DNA of 42,020 nucleotides from a virus, in IMG/VR virus record IMGVR_UViG_3300036852_000372, positions 1 to 42,020 of that record. The stretch is one strand, 5' to 3'. Positions 30,574 to 38,312 of this stretch are shown one piece after another; position 1 is the first letter of the stretch, and each line of letters opens with the position of its first letter. The notes under the pieces were generated by a model. The model did not search any database. It worked only from the letters and a program-made list of their open reading frames with translations, and was not told where the DNA came from. The position numbers and the translations under genes were made by a program.

Positions 30574-31226
30574 AGGGAACGATCTGCTGCGTTCTTAAGA
30601 GTGGTGGTGACTTCACCCCTGCGCACGTCGCATGGCTGAAGCAGATGTGCCATGAAAAGATGCCTGATTGGGATTTCTGCTGCTGGTCGGATATGGACGT
30701 TCCGGGCCGCATCCCATTGAAGATGAATCTCCCCAAATGGTGGTCCAAGATGGAGATCTACCGGACCGAATTCGGTGGCCCGGCTCTCGTAATCGATCTG
30801 GACACCGTTTTCCTGAAAGAATTCACAATTAGGCCTGAACATGAAGATGAAATGCTGGTTATTCGCTGCCCTTGGAAGAACGGGTTCCGATCACCGGAAC
30901 GTCTTGCTGGTGGATTCATGTATCTGCCTTCCTGGGCCCGCGCGCAGATCTGGCAAGCGTGGCGTCTGGCGGGCGAAGATACCATTGGACTATACGACGA
31001 CAATGACCAGATATTTCTGCACAAGTACTTCGCCGATAAGGCACTCCGTATTCAGGACCACTACATTGATGAGGTAGTGTCCTACAAAGTTCACGTTCTC
31101 GGGATAGGTTTACAATCCGAGAATAAGGTGGTATATTTCCACGGTGAACCTCGTCCCTGGAATGTAGATCTACCCTGGATTCCGAAATGCTCGCACCCGG
31201 ATCAGTCTTCAGCTCAGGCCGCGTAG
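30552..31226 (+). CDS. GT-A-like glycosyltransferase
   Basis: RBS GGGAG. ICCVLKSGGDFTPAHVAWL, the DxD motif in ALVIDLDTVF, and ...VVYFHGEPRPW. Confidence 0.55.
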   Translation: MLARGLIKGTICCVLKSGGDFTPAHVAWLKQMCHEKMPDWDFCCWSDMDVPGRIPLKMNLPKWWSKMEIYRTEFGGPALVIDLDTVFLKEFTIRPEHEDEMLVIRCPWKNGFRSPERLAGGFMYLPSWARAQIWQAWRLAGEDTIGLYDDNDQIFLHKYFADKALRIQDHYIDEVVSYKVHVLGIGLQSENKVVYFHGEPRPWNVDLPWIPKCSHPDQSSAQAA

Positions 31227-31522
31227 ATATCACGGCTGGAGCCGCTCAGACACCCGACTACTTCAATCAAGGAGTTGGGTTTATGAATGATGGGTCTCTG
31301 GCAGTGGATACAGATGCCCCTTCTGGGGATCTTTATCGTGCTGGCATCCGCCAGTCAGCTGTTGGAGCATTCTACGGGACCACGACGGCTGCCGGAACGG
31401 ATAATTGGGTTGGTGGCATTAGAGTCTCCAACCTTGGACAGATTGTTTACGAAGCCGCCGCAGCGGTGAGCTTCCAGAACGGCGATCCTGCAACCTCAAA
31501 TGGTCGCTTTGCGACCGCCTAG
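31187..31522 (+). CDS. Hypothetical virion-module protein (111 aa, or 79 aa from ATG 31283)
   Basis: The sequence upstream of Met 31283 (YFNQGVGF) looks coding. GGAG lies 8 nt before ATG 31283. The start is unresolved. Confidence 0.5.
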   Translation: MLAPGSVFSSGRVDITAGAAQTPDYFNQGVGFMNDGSLAVDTDAPSGDLYRAGIRQSAVGAFYGTTTAAGTDNWVGGIRVSNLGQIVYEAAAAVSFQNGDPATSNGRFATA

Positions 31523-31530
31523 GAGTTTTT

Positions 31531-31740
31531 ATGGCGATTTCTCTAGATACTGCTTCCTCACGTTTGCTGGCGAACGCTGCTGCTGTCGCGACTGCGATGG
31601 CTGGTGGTACGACAACTGCTGAGGTTCAGGCGATTTCCGAATTCCTGAAGACGATGTCCATCCGAAATGACATTGCCATTCCGGCCATGTCTCTCGGATT
31701 GGCCTCGCGACAGGGCCAACTCAAACCAAATAAAGGATAA
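31531..31740 (+). CDS. Hypothetical small protein (69 aa)
   Basis: AGGAG lies 5 nt upstream of ATG. Confidence 0.6.
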   Translation: MAISLDTASSRLLANAAAVATAMAGGTTTAEVQAISEFLKTMSIRNDIAIPAMSLGLASRQGQLKPNKG

Positions 31741-31743
31741 TCT

Positions 31744-32358
31744 ATGCGCGGGTTAGCAGAAGCCAGTTACGACATGACAGATGCCGCCTTTGCGAAAGGC
31801 GACAAAGCTGACGAGCGACTGCTCGTTCAGTTTTCCATGTACCCACACCCCGACAAAGACGAGACGGCCAAACAGGGACGTCCTGTCTACAAGGAGCGTG
31901 AGTATGTCATGATCATGGTTCCGGGCGATAAGGAATCAATCGTTCATCGCCCGGCCTGGGAAAAAGACTTTCAGCGTTTCCCACGCCAGTATCAGGCGTT
32001 CAAGAACAAGCAGAGTCAGGAAGCTGTCGCTGGCACCCCACTTCGTATGGTGGGTTTCGTGACTCTTGGTCAGATCAAGGAGTTGGAGTACTTCAACTGT
32101 TACACGGTGGAACAGCTCGCCAACATTTCCGATGCCCATGCGTCCAAGTTCATGGGTATCCAGAAGATGAAACAGATGGCGAACGACTACCTCACTGCAG
32201 CGAGAGAAGCAGCCCCTCTTACGTCCATCAGAGCGGAGATCGAGAAGAAGGACAACGAACTGGCGGCGGCGAATAACGCCATCAGCGAGCAGGGCAAGCG
32301 AATCCAGGCGCTGGAAGCTCTTATTTCCAAGATGGGCGAAAAGGAAAAGGGGAAGTAA
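31744..32358 (+). CDS. Conserved head/neck-module protein with a coiled-coil C-terminus
   Basis: GRPVYKEREYVMIMVPGDK...RFPRQYQAFK...GTPL...ELEYFNCYTVEQLA. The exact role is unknown. Confidence 0.6.
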   Translation: MRGLAEASYDMTDAAFAKGDKADERLLVQFSMYPHPDKDETAKQGRPVYKEREYVMIMVPGDKESIVHRPAWEKDFQRFPRQYQAFKNKQSQEAVAGTPLRMVGFVTLGQIKELEYFNCYTVEQLANISDAHASKFMGIQKMKQMANDYLTAAREAAPLTSIRAEIEKKDNELAAANNAISEQGKRIQALEALISKMGEKEKGK

Positions 32359-33105
32359 ATGGCCCGATACGACACAGCAGGAGACATCATCAACGCAGCC
32401 GCTGTTGAGTGTGGACTCACTGCTGTGGCGGATCCCTTTGCTTCAACAGATCCGGCTTTTATTCAGCTGGTACAACTCCTGACCAACACCGGTCGGGAGT
32501 TGCTCGGCTTATTCCAGTGGAACAGGTTTGTGGTGGAACATTCCATCACCACCGCAGTTCCTCCGGATACAGGTAACTACGATCTTCCGGATGACTTTGC
32601 ATACTTCATTGACCAGACCGGCTGGACCCCGACCAATGCTGGCCTCGGCCTGCCATTGGGAGGCCCACTCTCGGAACAAGATTGGGCGTATCTGGTCAAC
32701 ACGAATTTGGCTTCCAGCACCATTTTCGTATCCTTCAAGATGTCACAGGGTCAGTTCCAAGTTCTGCCTCAGCCGCCCCCGGATGGAATAGACATCAACT
32801 TTAAGTACATCAGTCGCTGGTGGGTTGCTCTTGCAGCTGCCGCGACTGTCGCAGTTCAGGATCGAATCACGGCCAGCGACAACGTAGTGCTCTATGAGCC
32901 TATTTTGATCACTAAATTCCTGAAACTCAGGTTCTTGGAGGCTAAGGGCTTTGACACCTCAGGTGCCTCCCAGCAATTTCATTCTGTATTCATGCAGTGG
33001 ACAGGAAAAGATGTGTCTGCCCCTGTCCTCAACGCCGCCCGTATGAGGTTGTTCCCGTATCTGGGCTGGCGGAACATCCCTGAGACTAACTATGGGCTCC
33101 CGTGA
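32359..33105 (+). CDS. Putative adaptor / tail tubular protein A-like
   Basis: 248 aa. It lies between the head genes and the large nozzle-like protein. Assigned by synteny only. Confidence 0.4.
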   Translation: MARYDTAGDIINAAAVECGLTAVADPFASTDPAFIQLVQLLTNTGRELLGLFQWNRFVVEHSITTAVPPDTGNYDLPDDFAYFIDQTGWTPTNAGLGLPLGGPLSEQDWAYLVNTNLASSTIFVSFKMSQGQFQVLPQPPPDGIDINFKYISRWWVALAAAATVAVQDRITASDNVVLYEPILITKFLKLRFLEAKGFDTSGASQQFHSVFMQWTGKDVSAPVLNAARMRLFPYLGWRNIPETNYGLP

Positions 33106-34721
33106 TGCTTGGGTACAGACCTACGAAGCTGAATCATCCCTCGCCGCAACGGACCTCTGTAAGCAAAATTCCTGCTCCGATCGCGGGGATCAATGCCCAG
33201 ACGGGCCTGAGCGAAATGTCGCCCAACGAGGCGATATTTCTCAAGAATATCTACCCGTCACGTTACGGTTGTCGTGTCAGGAGCGGTTATCGTGAATTTG
33301 CCACTAATGTCGGTACAGGTGGCACACGAACTATCCTTCCATATGTCGGCTCCTCTGATGCCCAGAATCGCCTGTTTGCATGCGCAGAGGATGGCATATA
33401 CAATATCACTGCTGGAGGAGCTGCTCCGACTCTCGCGCTGGCCTTTGGAGCAGCAGACGTTGAGTCTGGATATGGCCAGTGGACGCTATACGTTACGACA
33501 GCCGGACACTTCCTGGTTTATTGCGACGAGTCCAATGGTTATAAACTCTACACAGAGTCCACGGGTCTCTGGACTACCGTCGCTCTGGGTGGCGGTGCGG
33601 GTCAGATCACTCCCCAAGACCCTGCGACCTTCGCAGGCTGCGTAATCTTCAAGAGTCGTCTCTGGTTCATTGAGAAAGACTCTGCATCCGCATGGTATCT
33701 GCCAGTTGGGCAGATCACTGGCACAGTCACAGAGTTTAACTTCGGTAATAAGTTCAAACATGGTGGCACCCTTGTCGCTCTCTACAACTGGACTATTGAC
33801 GGTGGTGAAGGCATCGACGATTATCTGGTCGCTGTGTCTTCTACTGGTGACGTTGTCATATATAAGGGAAATGATCCGAACACTGCGACAGACTTCATCC
33901 AACATGGACAGTGGTACATCGGACAAACTCCAGTGGGTAGGAGGATTGCTGGCTCTTTTGGCGGCGAACTATATATCCTATCAGCTTACGGCCTCATTCC
34001 TCTCACTAAACTCATCGCCGGGGCGCTGATCCAGCAGGAGGACATCTATGTGTCCCGTAAGATCAACCCGCTCATCAATGATCAGATGGGAGTCACCCGT
34101 ACCGATCTCGGCTGGGAAGTCAGACTCATACCGGCCGACAATCTCCTCTTAATTTCCACCCCGAAGCGGACGGGACTGTCCTACCTTCAATTCATACAGT
34201 CGCTCAACACTGAGGGGTGGTCCACCTTTATAGACATCCCGTACCTTACCGGAGATGTTTATCTTGATGACTTCTACATTGGGGATGAAGACAACCGGGT
34301 CCTCATCTACGACGGAAATGCCGACAATGTCTTGCTTGACGGTACAGGCGGAATTGACATCGAGTTTTCATTACTTCAAACCTTCCAAGAAGAAGGACAA
34401 GTTGGAAACTACAAGAGATCTCAGTTTCTTCGCCCGGTATTCATTGCCTCAGCTGCCCCCGCGTATATTGCGGAGGTTCGGTATGATTACAATCTGTCTG
34501 AACTTTTTGGAGCCCCTTCAAGCAGTTCCGTATCTGGCGCTCTCTGGGACGTTGCAATATGGGATGCGGCTTTGTGGTCCGTTGAACTCGCTACAGCAGA
34601 CCAGTTACGAGGAGGGAATGGTATGGGGCGAACAATCGCTATCGGCCTCAATGGCAACGTACAGGCTGAGACGATTCTCGTACGTACAGACCTCTATAAG
34701 GACGAGGGATGGAGCTTATAA
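33105..34721 (+). CDS. Putative nozzle / tail tubular protein B-like (beta-rich)
   Basis: 538 aa with TGATG coupling. It is a repetitive beta-strand-rich sequence. Assigned by synteny with podovirus tail genes. Confidence 0.45.
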   Translation: MLGYRPTKLNHPSPQRTSVSKIPAPIAGINAQTGLSEMSPNEAIFLKNIYPSRYGCRVRSGYREFATNVGTGGTRTILPYVGSSDAQNRLFACAEDGIYNITAGGAAPTLALAFGAADVESGYGQWTLYVTTAGHFLVYCDESNGYKLYTESTGLWTTVALGGGAGQITPQDPATFAGCVIFKSRLWFIEKDSASAWYLPVGQITGTVTEFNFGNKFKHGGTLVALYNWTIDGGEGIDDYLVAVSSTGDVVIYKGNDPNTATDFIQHGQWYIGQTPVGRRIAGSFGGELYILSAYGLIPLTKLIAGALIQQEDIYVSRKINPLINDQMGVTRTDLGWEVRLIPADNLLLISTPKRTGLSYLQFIQSLNTEGWSTFIDIPYLTGDVYLDDFYIGDEDNRVLIYDGNADNVLLDGTGGIDIEFSLLQTFQEEGQVGNYKRSQFLRPVFIASAAPAYIAEVRYDYNLSELFGAPSSSSVSGALWDVAIWDAALWSVELATADQLRGGNGMGRTIAIGLNGNVQAETILVRTDLYKDEGWSL

Positions 34722-35143
34722 GGAGATCTACTCGTGATGAGATGGAGAGGATGTGTCGTGAGCTCCCATATAACCCGACATCTGGGTTGCGAGGAATTAC
34801 TTACGGAGATGGATTGGCTGTCGTCGCCTACGATAACTGGACAGAAAATGCCGTCTTCATCCACTGTTGGTCACGAGCAACTAGACCCTGGTTTGACAGA
34901 CGATTTCTTACAGAAATCTTTAGATACCCCTTCGAAATCTGCAATAAGGGGCTTGTAATCGCCAGTACTCAGGGGGATAATACCCCTGTTTTAGAACTCA
35001 GTCGCAAACTCGGCTTCAGGATAACCTACCGAGTCCCGGACGGCTGGAGTCTTGGAACCGACTTGGTCATCCAAGAGATGCGACGTGATGAATGTCGTTG
35101 GCTCAGGAGGACTCAGGTATGGGATGGTTCAGTGACGCATTAA
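34709..35143 (+). CDS. GNAT-like acetyltransferase fold candidate
   Basis: ...LVIASTQGDNTPVLELSRKLGFRITYRVPDGW resembles the GNAT beta4-alpha3 / C-terminal (..A..L..KLGF...G) region. It is 144 aa. Confidence 0.4.
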   Translation: MELIRRSTRDEMERMCRELPYNPTSGLRGITYGDGLAVVAYDNWTENAVFIHCWSRATRPWFDRRFLTEIFRYPFEICNKGLVIASTQGDNTPVLELSRKLGFRITYRVPDGWSLGTDLVIQEMRRDECRWLRRTQVWDGSVTH

Positions 35144-35601
35144 ATCCGGTCAAACACTTCAAGCATATGGCGAAAGGCGTGAAGGCCACCAATAAGGGTG
35201 ACTTTGCGACTATGCTTGACCCATCTGGGCTTACTGCTCCAAAGAAATCCAAATCTGCTCTGGCGGCTGCTAAGACTCCGGCCCCTGTTGACCGAGGAAT
35301 GTATATGGGCTCACGTGGACCAACTATGTTTCTTGGTGGGGGCCCGAATGGGCGATCGTACACCCCAAACCCTTTCATGGCTAGCCCGACAGCTCAGTCC
35401 ATGGCGCCCCCGCAGACGGGGATGGCACCTCCGCCGATGATGGGGAAGATGGGGCCCGGCCCGGCTCCCATGCCGATGTCTTCTCCGAAGATGCCCATGC
35501 CAATGATGCAAGGGGCTCCGCAGCAGGGTGGACCACCACAGAATATTCCGAATCAAGCCATGATTATGGCTCTTCGTAAACGTGGTCAGGTGATGGGATG
35601 A
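35119..35601 (+). CDS. Pro/Met/Gly-rich low-complexity internal virion protein candidate
   Basis: AGGAGG lies 8 nt upstream of ATG 35119. Sequence includes ...MAPPQTGMAPPPMMGKMGPGPAPMPMSSPKMPMPMMQGAPQQGGPPQ.... Confidence 0.6.
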   Translation: MGWFSDALNPVKHFKHMAKGVKATNKGDFATMLDPSGLTAPKKSKSALAAAKTPAPVDRGMYMGSRGPTMFLGGGPNGRSYTPNPFMASPTAQSMAPPQTGMAPPPMMGKMGPGPAPMPMSSPKMPMPMMQGAPQQGGPPQNIPNQAMIMALRKRGQVMG

Positions 35602-37013
35602 AGAGTACCCCCGAAGCCCCTGATTACCGAGCAGCAGCGGAGGAGACCGCAGCCTCTAGCCGAAATGTCACGGAGCAACAGACGTGGTCCAATCGTCCCA
35701 CGATCAATACTCCGTTCGGCCAGCAGACATGGAACGTTACCCCACAGTGGGACGAAGCCACTGGACAGTATTTGAATTCGTGGGAACAGAACACCAATCT
35801 GACCCCCGAAGCTCAGTCTGCTCTCGATTCTCAGCTGCGCCTGACGCAAGGTCGCAGCGACCTTGCAGAAGGTTTGCTGGGACGAGTGCAGGATGAGTAT
35901 GGTGAGCCAATGGATTGGAGCCAGTTCCAAGAACAGGCTACCACCCCCGAAGCTAACCAGTACGATGCGTCTACCCTCCCCGCATTCGGAGAGACCCCGG
36001 ACGTCGCCAACTATACCCCGGAGGAAATTCAGCGCAATCTTAGCACTGAAGGACTTCAGGGCGTTGACCCATCCCAGAGGTATTACGACAATGCTGGAAA
36101 TGCTATCTATAATCAGTTCTCTAGTCGTGCTGAGCCTCAGTTTACACGTGATGCTGAAGCTCTGCGCACTCAACTCTACAATCAGGGACTACGAGAAGGT
36201 GATGAAGCTTATGACCGGGAGCTTGAAAACCTCAGACAGTCACAAAACGATGCTCGCCAACAAGCCTCTTATCAGGCTACTATCGGCGCTGGGTCCGAAG
36301 CCTCCCGGATGCACGGAATGGATACGTCCACTCGAGGACAGCAGTTTGGAGAGCGACAAGCTGGTGGAGCCTTTGCCAATTCGGCGGCGGAGCAGGCGCT
36401 GGCCCAGAAGTTAGGCATTGGAGGTCAGCAGTTCACGCAGCAGTCTGCTGCGGCGGGCATGGATGATGCCCGTCGTCAGCAGGCTGGGCAGGAATCCCTC
36501 GCATTCGGTCAGAATCGCTTTGCAGAGGAAATGCAGGCTGCCAACTTCCAGAATCAGGGCCGTCAGCAGCAGATCGCTGAGGAGATGCAGCGCCGGGGCT
36601 TCAGCCTCAACGAAATTCAGGCGCTTCTCTCTGGGCAGCAGGTCAACATGCCGAACATGCCCGGCTTCAACTCGGCCCAGCGCAGTGAAACGACTGATTA
36701 CTCTGGTGCTGCCAATGATCAGTATGGTGCTGCGATGGATGCCTTCAATGCTCAGCAGCAGCAGATGCAGGGCTTGATGCAGGGGGGTATGAGCGCTGCG
36801 ATGATGTTCTCTGACCGTCGTCTAAAGACGGCTGTCAAAACTTTGGTCAAGGATTTCAAAGGACTTCAGTGGTATCTGTACCGCTATTTTTGGGATTGTC
36901 CGAGTGTCATACGCATGGGCGTCATGGCTGACGAAGTTGCTCATATTCCGGGTGTCGTACACACCCATCCTTCTGGCTACCTGATGGTGAACTATGGCCT
37001 TCTTACCTCCTGA
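35598..37013 (+). CDS. Gln-rich internal/tail protein with a C-terminal Peptidase_S74-type intramolecular chaperone domain
   Basis: The C-terminus SDRRLKTAVKTL...WYLYRY...MGVMADEVAHIPGVVHTHPSGYLMVNYGLL matches the pattern SD.RLK.NI...Y.Y....G..AQEV....P..V.....G...V.Y..L. Confidence 0.7.
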   Translation: MKSTPEAPDYRAAAEETAASSRNVTEQQTWSNRPTINTPFGQQTWNVTPQWDEATGQYLNSWEQNTNLTPEAQSALDSQLRLTQGRSDLAEGLLGRVQDEYGEPMDWSQFQEQATTPEANQYDASTLPAFGETPDVANYTPEEIQRNLSTEGLQGVDPSQRYYDNAGNAIYNQFSSRAEPQFTRDAEALRTQLYNQGLREGDEAYDRELENLRQSQNDARQQASYQATIGAGSEASRMHGMDTSTRGQQFGERQAGGAFANSAAEQALAQKLGIGGQQFTQQSAAAGMDDARRQQAGQESLAFGQNRFAEEMQAANFQNQGRQQQIAEEMQRRGFSLNEIQALLSGQQVNMPNMPGFNSAQRSETTDYSGAANDQYGAAMDAFNAQQQQMQGLMQGGMSAAMMFSDRRLKTAVKTLVKDFKGLQWYLYRYFWDCPSVIRMGVMADEVAHIPGVVHTHPSGYLMVNYGLLTS

Positions 37014-37368
37014 TGCCACCGAGGAGATGACGGATGAAGAGCTTCAGCAGCTCATGGCGCTGGGCATCATCCCCGATCAGCAGGGTGCGCTGGAAAAGCA
37101 GATGGCTCTGGCTGAGCAGCTTCGTTATCGGAATAATCCTGAGATGCGCGGCAATGGCCGAGTTCAGACAGCGGCGCATCCGTTGGAGTTTCTCGCCAGT
37201 GGAATTCAGGGATACAAGGCTGGCAAGCAGATTGAAGAACTTCGGAAGAAGCAAGACGAATTACTCCAGCAACAGGTCTCTGGACGAAAACTCTTCTATC
37301 AAAATCTCCGCAAACGTCCCTCACAGCCGGGATTGGGAGACATGCCGGAATTGGAGGAGTACCTCTAA
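36994..37368 (+). CDS. Hypothetical virion-module protein (124 aa)
   Basis: ORF in the operon with a 20-nt overlap with the previous gene. Confidence 0.6.
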   Translation: MAFLPPDATEEMTDEELQQLMALGIIPDQQGALEKQMALAEQLRYRNNPEMRGNGRVQTAAHPLEFLASGIQGYKAGKQIEELRKKQDELLQQQVSGRKLFYQNLRKRPSQPGLGDMPELEEYL

Positions 37369-38312
37369 TGGAAGATATCTACGAAGCGATTATCGGCGAA
37401 GGTGCGGGCAAGGGACAGCGTGCCGCTCTGATCGCGGCTGCGCTTCGTCGTCGCAACAACATGGGTCTGCTCGGCCAGATCACCGGGGACAAAGCTCTGG
37501 CCCCCGCCGGTCGTGAGCTAAGTAATTCATCTGACGCTTACTCCGAGATGCTTCAACAGATTCGTCAGAATGACAATCGCGCCGCACAGACGAATCAGTA
37601 CCAGACGGGACAGTTGGATCACATGGCCGCTGCGCTCGCTGAGACAAAGCGCAACAACGATTTGGACCATGAATATCAGATGGCGATGGCTCGGGCCGCT
37701 GGTATCAAGGCTGACAAGGCCGGAACTGGTGGAAAAATCCCCAAGCTGCGACAAGGCGACATCAAGGAAATGCAGGATCTTTCACAGACCATTGGTGCTG
37801 TGGATGATCTCTCCAAATTCTTGGAAGAAGGTGGCAAATTCGGTGCTGTGACCGTCGCTGGTCTTCCAGTTCCGGGAGCTCGTACATTCAAGAATTACGC
37901 TGCGTCAAAAGGTTACGGTAATGAGGGAGATAAGAAGTCTTTCCTCGCCAAACAGAAATGGGATCTCTTCTACAATATCGCGGAGCGCAACCGTATGTTC
38001 GGTGCGACTCTTACCGATGCTGAGAAGAAGTCCTGGGCTGACGCCAATCCGTCTGTTGGTCAGACGGATGAGCAGATCGCCAAGGCGCTGCCGATCATGC
38101 GCAAGGTCTTTGATCACAGGCTCAAGCAGAAGGCTTCTGGCCTCCTAAAAGAGGGCTACAGCGGTGAAGCGTTGGCTGATTATACAGATATCCCAGGGGT
38201 TAATATCTTGGATCCTACGGAGGGTGCTCCGGCGGCAGATGGAGAAGCACCAGCGCCGAAACGAAGACTCAAAAAAGTCGACGGAAAGTGGGTTGAAATA
38301 AGTGGAAATTGA
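37368..38312 (+). CDS. Internal virion protein candidate (314 aa)
   Basis: TAATG coupling. Helical, charged sequence. Confidence 0.6.
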   Translation: MEDIYEAIIGEGAGKGQRAALIAAALRRRNNMGLLGQITGDKALAPAGRELSNSSDAYSEMLQQIRQNDNRAAQTNQYQTGQLDHMAAALAETKRNNDLDHEYQMAMARAAGIKADKAGTGGKIPKLRQGDIKEMQDLSQTIGAVDDLSKFLEEGGKFGAVTVAGLPVPGARTFKNYAASKGYGNEGDKKSFLAKQKWDLFYNIAERNRMFGATLTDAEKKSWADANPSVGQTDEQIAKALPIMRKVFDHRLKQKASGLLKEGYSGEALADYTDIPGVNILDPTEGAPAADGEAPAPKRRLKKVDGKWVEISGN

